Assembly: GCA_973895155.1 (NCBI GenBank)
Contig: OZ316898.1
Span: 19,231,292 to 19,295,291, forward strand
DNA from: Marsupella aquatica
Lineage: Eukaryota > Plantae > Marchantiophyta
DNA length: 64,000 nt
Reading direction: 5' to 3'
Shown: positions 51,939 to 64,000 of the stretch, piece after piece
Layout of the letters: every line of letters starts with the position of its first letter
Numbering within the stretch: the first letter of the stretch is position 1
Notes under the pieces: model-generated
Told to the model about the DNA's origin: nothing
Database searches by the model: none
The model's input: only the letters and a program-made list of their open reading frames with translations
Translations under genes and position numbers: made by a program

Positions 51939-53772
51939 GGACAAATTGCATGTGGAGAATATCAAGATTCTTCTACGGAAAAACCCCACTAACTTCAACG
52001 CACCATTTGTGCTTTGTGTGGATCCAGAGGATTGTCCCACAATCAAGGACTGGGACATTTTAAAGTCCAAGGTATGGAAGTATAGAATTATTGGAGGGAA
52101 TCATGGTGCTCGGGTTGTATTTATGCATGGGAATCTGGCCCGAGCACCATGATGTATAAACTCTGATACCCAACCGAGATTGTACCCGAGTTGTATAAAA
52201 TGTATGGGAAGCAGATTTATGGTGAGCTGGAAGCTTGCGTATACGCTGGATTTACCAAATCGGAGGTCCAAAAGCTTGGCTTCCAACACAATTATGACCA
52301 AGAACACAGGAAGAACATGACCAATATTGATAGAGTTCGTGCTTGCCACAACATCTTTGTTGAAATGGATGTAGGATTGACCAAGGATGACCGGGCACAC
52401 CGTATTGGGCAGACAAAACCAGTCACTGTGGTACGATTTATTGCTAAAGATTCCATTAAGGTGAAGATATTGAAGCTCCAGGTAATTCCATGTAACTATT
52501 ACATCGAGTGTGTGCATCGTTTGTATATGGCTTTTATAATTAACCTGCTAGTTTTTTACTGGATTTCATTTGCATTGTGTTCATTGTGTAGAACAAGAAG
52601 CGGAGGATGATTGGTCAGATTATGTATGGTGGTGTGAGAAAACAGGATGTAGCACGAGAAGACATTGCCTACTTATATACAAGTGACAGTTCTCAGTTGG
52701 ATTCTGATTAGGTGTATATAGCTAGGGGTTCACTTCGCAACTCAAGAGCAAGCTGTGTATATAGCATGAGAAGTATGTACCTAGAGTTACATTGTACTAC
52801 ACACTATGATTTTATATATAAAGGACTGCACAGTCCATTTACCTGAGCGTACTTTTGTTTTGTACATTGCTGCATTTGATTTCCCTCTCTTGGGATTTCA
52901 TCATTTTCTTCTATAAACTAGCAAGGGGAAACAAACTTCTGGAATTCTACCTAGCAGTTAGGCTTCTTCACGCATTACCCTAAGGTACATAGGGAATTTA
53001 GGGGCACACCGACACCTCCATGCCAAGGGGATTTGGTCCCCTACTTAACAGGGGAAAATACCTTAAATAATTCAGTAAACAGGCCCAAGTACACTCTGAG
53101 GTTAATTAACCTACATAACCTCTGTAATCTATCTCCTAACACTGCATATCCTCCTTGTGTTATGTATTAGGAGCAACAATTATCATCCATGATTAATCAG
53201 GAGGAAATCCAAGGTCCATGGTTCCAAATTGCACAAAATCTATAAAATATTCAAGAATAGACAATTGACTCTGGAAAGTGGTAGGTGCATTGAAGCTCAA
53301 AAATTGGCAATAATGCTACATTTGTTGGAAAGCACATCATTCTCTAGATGCTTCTAATGGTACAGATAGTTTTCATCAACTATGAGAGATAATTAATAAA
53401 AAATGGATTGTTCACTCCTTGCCTGAAGAAATAAGAGGTTCTTTGGATACAGTTGATTTTTTCAAGCTTGAAGCTTTCTAGTACAATGAACACACATTAG
53501 TTTCTGGACCCCTAGCTATACTGTTTAGGGTTTACCCAAGTAAAAATCTTGATGTATCTAAAGTGGATATATTTGCAAGCATACAAGGAATACTGTAGTC
53601 TTAAAAGCTTTTTGATACAATTTGGAGACATTTGCTACATGCCTCTTCACATGTCTATAATCTTCCTTCACGGTAGAAGTGAATTTACGTAAAGATTTAG
53701 AAGCTAGCCTCATCTTTTAATTTCTGTCCAAAAGCTCTACCAGAACTTTGTTATCTCCCAAATTTGATCTTA

Positions 53773-54559
53773 CAGCTTTTTACTATCTTGTCCCCCAAAC
53801 TGAGCTAAATTACTAGCCTACCCCCAAAATTATTTTAATTGCTAGGTTGCCCCCCATATCGTATATATGGGTTACATTAACCGTTTCACTTAGTTAGCCC
53901 AGGGTGATTTCTCATTGGTGGACTAACATGTGGCGAGACGCTATTGGCTCCGCCTTACCCTGGCCAAGCTTACCCTCACTGGCTAGCTCTTTCCCATTTT
54001 TTGAACAAGCCTTGCACCAACCAGGGCTGGCCCCTCCCCCTTGCAAGTTTCAATCTCAACTTAAATCCCAACCCTGACTACCTGGCTGGCTGGGTGCTGC
54101 AATTTTCCCTTCAAAAACAGGGTCCCATGCTCCATAGGGGCCTATGATCCTTGGGTCCCGATGATCCACCCACTCCCACTTTTCTGAAGGAAAGAGGCCC
54201 CAATAGTATACATATTTTCCATTTGAAAACAACCCACATTTGGGCCTACCGCCTGATTCGAGCTGGGTCATCAGGATCTAAAACTCGAGAGGGGGATGGG
54301 CCAGCCCTGTTTGGTGCAGGCTCATTCAAAAAATGGGAAAGAGATATAGTAGCCCGGTGAGGGTGAACTCGGCCAGGGTAAGGCAGAGCCAATAGTGCCT
54401 AGCCACGTGTTAGTCCACCAATGAGAAATCACCCTGGGTTAACTAAAACTGTTAATGTAACCCATCTATACAATATGGGGAGCAACCTAGCAATTAAAAT
54501 AATTTTGGGGGTAGGTTAATAATTTAGCTCGGTTTGGGGGATAGGTTAGTAAAAAGTTG
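53773..54559. mobile_element. MULE-like MITE / foldback element (787 bp)
   Basis: Imperfect TIRs of about 210 bp (53773-53985 versus about 54348-54559) and a 10-bp TSD TTTGATCTTA (53763-53772, 54560-54569). Confidence 0.92.
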
Positions 54560-56061
54560 TTTGATCTTATGAACGCCTTCCCTTCTAATGAAAACACCAT
54601 AGCAATTAGTCAATCCCAAGAGGAGTGAGACTGGTTCTAAAATGGACCACACCCCCCAAAACAGTTTAATTCCATACATCATCAAAGAGTCAAACTCAGT
54701 GTCACACAAGGGCTACCAAGTTCCATAAAGGAAAGCCCAACTGAAGTGTTAAATGTGTTGGTACCCAAGCACACAAAATAAATTTAGGGTTTAGACCAAT
54801 GTGTTTCCACAAAAGTTGGAGGGTGAACTTCTTTCCAAGACTCTTCTGACTAAACAGCAGAAGACGCAATTGGATACTCTGGAAAGTGAATGCATAGCGA
54901 GATGCATAGCTTACAGATCTTTTGCACTGCTCAGATTTTAATATGGTTAGGTAAAAGATGATTCAATTGTGCTAGCAAGGCCAGGATGTCTCTTCCACTG
55001 TCTTCCATTGTGTTGCCTAGAGGGACGCTTTCCAAGGAAAACGCAAGCTAATTACTAGGGCATTTCAAATATGCATATATGTGGGCACGGGAGGCATCTG
55101 TAACATGCACATTACAGTGTAAACTGGTACAACTAATGGACTGCCAAATGAATTTAGGCAGTCAGTAAATTTTTCGCGGGAATTGACAGTAACCCGTCAC
55201 CGTAGACTGCATGGCCGTCAACCTTCCTGTATGAATGAGTTTGGGATTGAAGGGAATGTTTGCTGGGAAAGTTTGGAACATTGAATGAGTTTACAGTTTC
55301 ATTGGAGCATTCAACAACTTGACGATCAGGGGAGGAAAGCGAGTTCGAGTGCCAAAACTTATGATCCCCAAAAGTGAATATTTTTCAGCCTGAATAAACA
55401 CTTTTGATTTCCCAAATTTTTGTTTTTTTCACCCAAATATTTAATATTAAATTAAATCATATATTTTAATAAATATATAGATTAGATTAAGATGAAATTA
55501 GTCCAAAATAAGAGGCCAATAACAGTCAGAACATAAATCCAAAATGTCATAATATATCTATGATGACCCACTATATATATTATTATTAGGTACAGTCCAC
55601 TGAGAAAGCCTGAAACGAAGCATAATTATCCTAATTAAGTGTATATACATCCTACATGTTCAAGACATTTTTTCTACATAATTACATACGGACATTTCAA
55701 GGTAGAAACTAGAGCAACCCTAATCTCCTAATGATCAAGACAAACTTCATTTGAACAAGAAAGTCTACTTCTTGATTTATCATAGCGGAGATCATGGTTG
55801 CAGCACGGTGGTTCTTGAACTTATAGGTGAGGTTCCTAATTTTAGAACTTTCCAAATAATTTGCGTACTATTATGTCTATAAGGGCCAAAAAATTGTCTC
55901 TAGGAGCTATACTAGGCCCACTATCTCAAAGCCAGAAAACCCAATAAATGGAAGGACAACCAATCAACAAATGCCACTTCATCACAAATGTTACATCTCA
56001 TCCAATTCAGTATATTAAGGGTCGCTTTACAAGAACTTGGTGACAAACCAACTGGCTAGAG

Positions 56062-56165
56062 GATGAGCCTCCTGATGAGCCTAGAACCGAGAGGTCCCAG
56101 GTTCAATCCTCCCTCCACATGCAAGGGGTGTGGAGGTACCTATGTGTGTGTGTGTGTGTGTGGGT
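56062..56165 (+). mobile_element. Possible tRNA-derived SINE head followed by (TG)n
   Basis: A-box-like tggctagagg near 56063, B-box ggttcaatcc at about 56100-56109, and a (TG)n run at about 56143-56162. Confidence 0.4.
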
Positions 56166-57529
56166 GGGGTGTAGTGGTGGGAGTATTGATTATCCCGTCA
56201 GCCCTTGGCTGGCCACTTTGGTGTTCTGGTTGAATCCTCTCTCCGTCCTGGTCTGGGTCCCTGTCAGATCCCTGGGTATCGTCCCCTTGTGGCTGCCCTA
56301 CATAGAAATGCATGCTCCAAAGCAGGACGTCTATCCTCTGTTGGATGGGCCTGCTTTCGGTTTTCAAGGCAGAACTTGGGGGCAGCCATTCCTTTTTTAC
56401 TATGTGTGAGATGCAATCCTAGCCATTCATATGTGGGAACAGACCACTTAACATGAACATGGGGGCATAATCAAGCAAAATCATTACAGAACCTAATCAT
56501 GTGTCAATGCGCCCCTTGTGGTCCCTTTTTCAGCTGATGTGTGCATTTTTGTGGTAAAAAATGTATACCTGCACTTGCCATTTTTGGAGTTGCTTTATGT
56601 CCCCCGAGGTCTTGTAAAACCAAGTGCAGCCAGTGGTGCTAGATTGCTGTGCTAAGAGACAGATTGGAGACCAGATTAATCTACTAAAAGACAGATTTGG
56701 GACCCACCTCACCGAATGTCATGGTATCCTTGGGCTTACTAGACATGGCATGGTATTCTTCGGCTTACTAGACTCTTCCTAGCTGTGACAAGAGAAGACC
56801 TTAGTTATGAAAGACTTGGGGGTCCCATTTTAATCTAGCCTGATTACCCCTTGCTTGAAAGTAAATAGAGATGAAGACAACAAAATTATTGCAAAACAAA
56901 GATGTTGTTGTTCATCTTTGTCGCCATCTTTTTTTTCACCCTCACTTCTATTTTGTCTTTATTGAGAGTCACAATTATTTTTGTCATTATTTAGTTTTTT
57001 CCTTATATAGATCTAGTCAATTTTAATTAGTGTTTTTAATCTTTGCTCCCATCTTTTTTTTTGGGTCCATCTTCACTTTCCAGTTTTGTCCTATTGAGAG
57101 TAAGGGTAGCTTTGCATTGAGCTTTATTAGAGAGACTAGCCCCGACTACCCGTTCTTTGAACGTGAACAGGGGAGAGGACAATAAAAGTGTTACCAAAAT
57201 ATATTCTCTATTCATTCTTTGAAGGTTAATGAAATGATAATAAAACCCATCATTTTAATAATAGTCATATATAATCGGGTATATAATATACCATAATTCT
57301 CCTTTGTATGCACATCCTTCTTTCTATGCACATTAATATGTTTGCCAATTATCACAAAAAACTTGCATGTACCACTTTACATACATCATAGTCATGAGTC
57401 TATGGATATGATTTTTTTCATGCACATGATGGCCATGGAATTATGGTCTAGAGGCTTCACTCTACATCTAGGCTCTTAAAAGTAAACTTCACTTGACCCT
57501 TTTATAGTAGGACCAGCTCAATACCTGTG

Positions 57530-58020
57530 TGTTGCACAAAAGATGTTGTTTTGCAAAAAATGTCAATGTGTAAAAGATCTCGTGTGCGGAAAAGATGTTG
57601 TTGCAAAAATGATGTTGTATCATGCAGAAAAGATGTTGCATGCAGAAAAGATGCCATTTGCACAAAAGGTGTAATTTCCAAAAAAGACAACGTTGCAAAA
57701 AAAGCTGAACATTGTTTACGGAAAAGATGTCATTGCAGAAAGGAAGTTGTTCCCAAAATGCTGTTGTGTAAATGATTTCATTGTAGAAAATATGTTGTTG
57801 CAAAAAAGATGTCAATGCGTAAGCAACATTGTTTGCCAAAAAAATTGAAATTGAGCAAAGTACATCCTTGTGTAAAAAATGTCATTGCGGAAAAGATGTT
57901 TTGTGAAAGATTTTTGTTGTAGAGAAGATGTTATTTTTGTTGTAGAGATATGTCATTGTGCAAAGCCTATATAATTGTGTAAAAGATGATGTTTGTGGAA
58001 AAGATACCATCTACGATAAA
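57530..58020. repeat. Degenerate AAAAGATGTTGTTG-type minisatellite
   Basis: Many variants of gcaaaaagatgttgtt. A related stretch occurs at about 4740-4850. Confidence 0.7.
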
Positions 58021-59057
58021 GATACTCCTTGATACTCGCCCCTCCTTTGCCCATGAAAATTCTCCGATCCTTTTAATAAAAATAAAAATGTCTTATATAG
58101 ACTGTTAAGGATATAAAGTTCTTGTTCCGATAGTGGATAGCCTCCTAAACTGGAGCTCTTGTTTTGGGGGATCATGGCATACAATGTCCTCTAAATAAGA
58201 GGACATTATTATATCCTGAATGCCTTGGTGATTTTTGGCTTTGTATTTTGCAGTGCATTTGGCAGAAAAATTGTTCTAGCTAGAGTGCCTATGTTTTTCA
58301 TCATGTCAAAGTGCCCAGCCATGCCAAAAAAAAAGGAATACTCTCCCCCCACCTCTACTAACTTATTATTATTTTTTCTTTCTCCAGTTGTTTTTCTTTT
58401 CTTTGTTTTTTATTCATTATTTTTATCCTTTTTGTCTTTTAGCCCCTCTCTCTCTCTCCTTGGGCCTCTCTCCCCTCCAGTACTTTTCCATTCGAGCCTC
58501 TCTGTTCCTCCTTGGTCCTCTCTCCCCTATTTAGAATCATACCCTGTGAGCATAATAGATGCTCTCCTTGTATCCTGGATGGTACTCTTCCTTGTGTATA
58601 ATTATGAGGGTAATAGAGGGCAGCAAGTGCATGAAGATTGAGGAGGGGAAGAGTGTACTGGCAGGGACAATCATAGTTGCAAGGACAATCATAGTGGAGT
58701 GGTCTTATGGAGAGAGTCCTTTGTACTCCTTAATTCTTTGTTAGGGCATCTTTTCGTCCTTCCTTTGTACTCCTTCATTCTTTGTTAGGGCATCTTTTCA
58801 TCCTTGGTACTCCTATGTTCTTAGATCATGTCTAACATTAATGGTCTCTTTTCCATGACCGAACAGTATTAAAAAATTTGCAAAACATCTAATGGCTGTG
58901 GATCATTCTGGCCTAGAACACATTTTGTAACTGGACGAAGAATGAAAAATAACCATATTGGATATTATAGTTGTAGATGACTTAAAATTCAAATGGACCA
59001 AGTATGTATATCAAAGTGCCAAAAAGGAAAAAGGCCAAACCTGGAGACAGGGACCAA

Positions 59058-59145
59058 GGGGCCAAACAAAGAGACCTCCAAGACAAAGGGGCCAAACAAA
59101 GAGACCTCCAAGACAAAGGGGCCAAACAAAGAGACCTCCAAGACA
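59058..59145. repeat. 30-bp perfect tandem repeat, about 3 copies
   Basis: ggggccaaacaaagagacctccaagacaaa repeated with no spacers. Confidence 0.9.
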
Positions 59146-59438
59146 GCCAGACAGGTGATCTGACAAAAAAGCAGAAAGTCGGACCCCACTCCATTCTATG
59201 TAGGGTATTGGTAACAGGTGAAAGTGACCCCAATAATTGGTAAAGTGATCAGCACAGTTTACTGGTGAAAGTGCCCCCCATAAATTGGTACAGTGAACAC
59301 AGTTTCTCCCCAATGGATGGCATCGATCAGATCTTAAATGCAAAAAGGAATAGAAACAGCCACCAACGTCCAGGAAAGCGACCCTTACATTTATGGTCTG
59401 TAGCTGCACCATGCTGGATTCGGAGGATTCACACTCCT

Positions 59439-60343
59439 TATAAATTACGAAGAGAGTAGATAGCTACAAGTATCTGGTTTGGAAATGAATCTAGAAGAAG
59501 GAGCCCCAGAAGTGGAGATAGCTAGGAGTATCTGGTTTCGAATTGAACAAAGGAGAAGGAGGCCGAGAAGTGCATCGTTGTTTGTTTGCGGTGCTCGACA
59601 TAGAGCTCAAGAGATTTGATCAGTAAGTCTCCGTTCTTCTCTCTGTTCTTCTCTCCGTTCGTCCACTATGTAGCCTAGTATTTTTTGTCTTCATGTTATG
59701 CGGTCTAGATTCCAGAGGGGAAAACCGCTCTCCGGGCAATACGTCATCCATATCCCTTGCGGCGTCTGCACGCGAGCAACGGACAAAGATTTCTGTTGGT
59801 CTTGAGATTAGTCTTTGCACGTCTTACAGTAGATGTTTTACTTCTTTGAGTGCGTCGATCCCGTAAACTTTGTCGTAGTAGACTGCGTGGCACTCCTGCT
59901 GTAAGCTCTGAGAAAGTCTTTGGCGAATAATCTGTTGATCAACCTATCATTTACCTCACAGCCAGTGAAAATAATCTAGTGCTACCATGGTTTAATTAGT
60001 ACCTTTGCGGTTTTTGTCTTCCTGACTTCGCAACTAGACGAATTCCAGAGTAGTATAGAACGATGTCGAATAGAGTTGTATTTGCATAGTTTTAGACCTA
60101 TAGGTTCAAATTCTAGGTTTTACGAAACGGCCATTGTCCCAGTACAATGATTCTCAAGGTTCTGGATTCCAGTTGACACATAACAATCACAAAATTCGAC
60201 AGAATTTGAACGTACTATCAGTACCGTTGATTAGATTGACAACTTACGTTCCTGCCAGGATCGAGCAGGTCTCGCTCTGGAGTCGGTGTAGAAGATCGAA
60301 TGCAACAGTGCAGCAGCAAGCACGTGCATCAGCAGAAGAAAGT
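59439..60343 (+). promoter_or_regulatory. Putative PPO TATA box and 5' UTR with an intron (59623-60258)
   Basis: ttataaatta at 59439, donor ca|gtaagt at 59623, and acceptor cctgccag ending at 60258, 85 nt before the ATG. Confidence 0.5.
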
Positions 60344-62044
60344 ATGGTGTCGAAACAGGTGTGCATTGCAGTCTGCTTCGCGGTGGTCCTTATCTCAACA
60401 AAGCTTGTCTTTGTTGAGGGAGTTCCCATTCTAGGCCCAGACATGAGCAGTTGTATGCCAGTCATTCCTCCGAAGAGAACTGCTGCGGATGCAGTTGACT
60501 GCTGCTTCGTTGGTGCCACCAGGCCAATCAAGGACTTCAAATTTAATTTGGACCTCCCTATGCGAGTTCGCAGACCTGCCCACAAGTTAGATGATGGAGA
60601 CGTCCGTAAGTATGAGCGAGCAGTGGAGCTCATGAAAGCTCTCCCGCCAGATGATGGGCGCTCCTTCCAAGCACAGGCAAATCTCCATTGTGCTTACTGT
60701 GGAGCAGCGTACAATATATTCAATGTTTCCAACTTTATCAATGTGCACTCCAGTTGGCTTGTACTTCCATTCCACCGCTGGTACTTGTATTTCTACGAGC
60801 GGATTCTCGGAAGCCTAATAGGGGATGACACCCTCGCCGTTCCATACTGGGCTTGGGACGTGCAGAATGAGAATCACCCACCAGCCAACGTGATTCCAGC
60901 CATGTTCACCAACAAGAATTGTAGCCTTTACAGTGAGATGCGATCAAAAATTCACCAGCCTCCTATCAGGGCCAATTTAGATCTTCCAAGTGCTGCAGGA
61001 AATAAGGATCCCGATGTGCAGTTGCAAGATAACTACTATCACTTGTGGCGGACAATGATAGGCCAAGTCCGAACTGCCGAGGGTTTCTATGGTCAAAAAG
61101 TGACTATAGAGGACAAATTCGATCAGTCGCGTGCAGGGGCGTTTGAAGTGGGTCCGCATGCTGCCATCCATATTTGGACTGGGGACCAAGAAAATTTAGC
61201 TGGAGAGGACATGTGTACCTGTTACTCAGCAGCACGGGATCCTATCTTTCACTCGCACCACTCCCAAGCAGACCGGTTGTGGGAGATGTGGCAGAGCTGG
61301 GGGGGGGAAGGCTTCGACGATTCTGACTGGCTTGATTCCGAGTTCATATTCTATGATGAGAACGGTGACCTCGTGCGTGTGAACGTCCGAGATAGTTTGA
61401 ACTTCGACAACTTCAGGGTCACATACGAGCAAGAGGATCCCGACTGGCTACAATTCACTCCGAAATCCATTCGGGACATTGATCCCAAGTATGCCCAAGC
61501 CAGCTTTCCTAGACGGTTCTGGCGCGAAGTGATCAGCGGAGGCACCTATCGTACAATCGCCGGGGTGCTCGGAAGCTTTTTCCAGAGAGAAACAAATGGT
61601 GTAAACGCTGTCCTAGGAGGAGTGAGGAGAGCGGCGGTGACCTCGCGAGTGTCTAGGACCGCGGTGCTCAGGAGCACAGACGACTTGTCAGTGTATGATG
61701 AGGTGATGGTGATAAGTGGAGTCGTAGAAAAGCCCTTCGACGTCACCGTGATGATCAAAATGTTCTTGGAGCTCCCGGAAGCAGACGAGAACACCGTTCT
61801 GCATTGTGTGGAGTATCTCGGTACCGTGGCAGTCGATGCCGAAGGGCTTGCTGAAGGAATGGACCGGACTGTTGCTCGGAAGTTCAGTAGAACTCTGGGT
61901 ATCAGAGACACACTGCAGATTTTAGACATTGTTCACCAAAAATCGCTGGAAGTGACGTTCGTTCCCGCGTGGGATCCGAAGCACGATTCTGAGGTCTCAG
62001 TTAATATTACTGGCCTGACGGTAGAGATGAAGCGGGCAAAATGA
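60344..62044 (+). CDS. PPO: Polyphenol oxidase (type-3 copper tyrosinase / catechol oxidase family), 566 aa, intronless CDS, signal-peptide-like N-terminus
   Basis: CuA region QANLHCAYC...VHSSW...FHRWYLYFYERIL. CuB region EVGPHAAIH...RDPIFHSHH. DWLDSEFIFYDENG (DWL domain) and a C-terminal KFDV-like domain. The first in-frame ATG is at 60344. Confidence 0.95.
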   Translation: MVSKQVCIAVCFAVVLISTKLVFVEGVPILGPDMSSCMPVIPPKRTAADAVDCCFVGATRPIKDFKFNLDLPMRVRRPAHKLDDGDVRKYERAVELMKALPPDDGRSFQAQANLHCAYCGAAYNIFNVSNFINVHSSWLVLPFHRWYLYFYERILGSLIGDDTLAVPYWAWDVQNENHPPANVIPAMFTNKNCSLYSEMRSKIHQPPIRANLDLPSAAGNKDPDVQLQDNYYHLWRTMIGQVRTAEGFYGQKVTIEDKFDQSRAGAFEVGPHAAIHIWTGDQENLAGEDMCTCYSAARDPIFHSHHSQADRLWEMWQSWGGEGFDDSDWLDSEFIFYDENGDLVRVNVRDSLNFDNFRVTYEQEDPDWLQFTPKSIRDIDPKYAQASFPRRFWREVISGGTYRTIAGVLGSFFQRETNGVNAVLGGVRRAAVTSRVSRTAVLRSTDDLSVYDEVMVISGVVEKPFDVTVMIKMFLELPEADENTVLHCVEYLGTVAVDAEGLAEGMDRTVARKFSRTLGIRDTLQILDIVHQKSLEVTFVPAWDPKHDSEVSVNITGLTVEMKRAK

Positions 62045-63139
62045 TCTTCAATCAATCAGGCCGGAGTGAACCTTGAAATTGTTCGAAGTTAGAGCTGTAT
62101 AATTAGTACAATATAGGTTAGCATTGCTAGCTACCACCATAGTTGATCCACAATTCAGATAATGGTTTTGCACTCCGATTTCGACTCGATCGAATTAAAG
62201 ATTGCACGTTGGAGTAACTAAATGCCTGGATTTCACGGACCACTAAATGCCTGAACTTCAAGCACCACCGACATTGGTGAGAAATACAAAAGCCCAGAGT
62301 TCGAATTGAACAACGAGTCGAGGTGGTCGACCAACTAAAGTAATTGGTCAGGCTGGGCGCCAGGGGTGACATGTGACGGTCAGCAAGACTTACGTTCAAT
62401 TACAGAGCAGAAAAGTTCTGCATCCCTGACGAGCTGAAATAATTGGTTCAGTGGCCAGCTACTAAAGGTAATTTGTAACCACGAGGTCCAAATACTTGTC
62501 TTAAATTGCATATCACGTGGCTTCTGTTCCGAACTGTCCAGGGTGGGTTTAATGTATGATAAGCCTAAGGCTGTTGTAGTAGTTTAGTTGTAACAAGGAT
62601 TATGTAACAAATATTATTAAAGACTGATTTCCCCTTCCAAAGCGTTTTTTGCCGTTCAAAGAAAACCCTAAATAATTGCCAAGTCCAGATTCAAAGCAAG
62701 GCTAGGATGTTCTCTAGTGCAAGATACTCACACAGACCTTTTGTCATCTTAAAGACTGAATACTATTTTGTTGATTTATCTAGGCCGTCCTTGCCCAATG
62801 CCCACTGTAGACATGCAATTTGGGGGATGGGCTGTTTTGTTTTACTTTGATTCCGTTTTCTGGGACTCTTCCAATTCTTTTAGACGAAGGACACAAGGCA
62901 AACCTGCCCCCCAAAACACACGCACACTCACAAGGCAACATAGACCTTTAAGGGTAGGGATTTGGTTCTGTTAGTTTTTGTTAATTGCTTGGAATTATTT
63001 CCATCCAATAAAGATAGGGTGTTAGAGTTGGTTATTGTCTATTCAACCTGGCAGCTCCCACTTTGTATTTCTTTTGGAGGTGATGGGGTCTCCCTCTCTC
63101 ATTTGTTCTCCCAAATTATGTATCCACTCCCCATGCACC

Positions 63140-63142
<3 letters not shown>

Positions 63143-63182
<40 letters not shown>
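63143..63182. repeat. (AT)20 microsatellite
   Basis: Perfect AT run. Confidence 0.97.
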
Positions 63183-63185
<3 letters not shown>

Positions 63186-64000
63186 CCTTCCCTTTTGGTG
63201 TGACCACATCAGTTCTTCATCCACAAGCTCGAACAAAAGACAACACTTCAATCACAACAATAACATTTTCAAAATGATATTCTTTGGAAGCTTTTTGTTT
63301 GATGATACTGCTCCATCTAATACTATTCAGCCATATTCCTGCAAAATACAACACTTTCTCGTCGACAGCACTTTGGCTTTGCTAAACATTTGGAAGCTGA
63401 ACACTTTCTCTCAACAACACTTCCTCGTCCTCGCATTGTTTTCTTGCATGACACTTCCTCTCAATGACTTCTGGCATGGCACATGCATTGAGCTAGTGTG
63501 ATACAACTCCACTGCAAAATAAATAGCAAAAATAGGACGAGGGCTTTAAGTATAGCTCAAAGAGATTGTTTTAGTCCTAGCCTGGAGCTGCATTGTTGTT
63601 TTGGACAAAGTGGCATCATCGACTGGCATTCAGGGCAGGAGCCGATTCAGTTGCTAAAATGTAGCGAGGAATGTCTACGTCTCATTTCCAAGTGAATGCA
63701 AAGAGACGGAAGACAGCCTCTCGTGAATTGTTTGTTCTCCCTCACCACTCCTACCCACTGACAGCTCAGGAGATTAATTGATCAAGAAAATGAGGTACAG
63801 GTTTCATGTCTCGCTTCATTTCCCAGTCATGAGCGCTGGATTATCCTTTTCAGCTCCTTACATTAGACTCATCCCTCCCTCGGTCACTGTTCTCACGTCT
63901 CTTCGTCAACAAAAAATTCTAGCCTTTGCCATGACAAACGATCTAAATTCCACCAGCCTTCTTCAGGGTCAACTTCCAAAGTCCGACTCCGGACTATAAT

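Larger units (their letters stand above)
46370..52711 (+). pseudogene. Second ParB-like gene ending in a SNF2-family helicase C-terminus, disrupted
   Basis: After removing 47667-51948 the frame reads ...SSIKPMDKL|HVENIKILLRK..NAPFVLCVDP..YRIIGGNHGAR..YAGF..QHNYDQEHRKNMTNIDRV, which aligns by eye with 29370-30527. It continues DRAHRIGQTKPVTVVRFIAKDSI..ILKLQ, intron 52482-52591, then NKKRRMIGQ..REDIAYL..*. The 5' boundary is uncertain. Confidence 0.75.

Noticed and set aside
55240-55260. tttgggattgaaggga resembles miR159/miR319
   Set aside because: Only a partial match with an extra base, and no complementary arm was seen nearby.
59058-59145. 30-bp repeats as a CRISPR array
   Set aside because: Head-to-tail with no unique spacers, no cas genes, and a eukaryotic context.
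60134-60343. N-terminal extension of the PPO ORF from the ORF track
   Set aside because: It starts at TTG and overlaps a probable intron and 5' UTR. The first ATG (60344) gives a typical signal peptide.
62768-63999. Short ORFs after the PPO gene
   Set aside because: They include a microsatellite-derived IYIY tract and no recognisable domain.

Overview
Eukaryotic plant DNA, inferred to be a bryophyte (probably a liverwort) from the signal-peptide polyphenol oxidase and the TE types. Roughly three quarters of the window is nested, decaying transposons: several copies of one Ty1/copia family, a Bianca-type copia and a deleted derivative, solo LTRs, two LINE remnants, and hAT-, CACTA- and MULE-type non-autonomous elements whose TSDs are readable. 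The only clearly intact host gene is a polyphenol oxidase at about 60344-62044. The main finding appears once nested insertions are removed. At about 26.3-37.6 kb two divergently transcribed, intron-containing genes emerge. On the minus strand is a ParB/Srx-like domain fused to a prokaryote-type beta-class DNA amino-methyltransferase (DIPY ... QKP ... LDxxS[G]SGT). On the plus strand is a DUF7869-type putative DDE/D transposase. A 14-bp palindrome, TCATGAATTCATGA, recurs about 5 times in this block and was not noticed elsewhere. A second, diverged ParB-like gene at about 47.5-52.7 kb is joined to a SNF2 helicase C-terminus. This suggests a mobile element family carrying DNA-modification and chromatin cargo. 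The copies here are pseudogenised and their termini were not found. All family assignments come from motif recognition by eye; no database searches were run.
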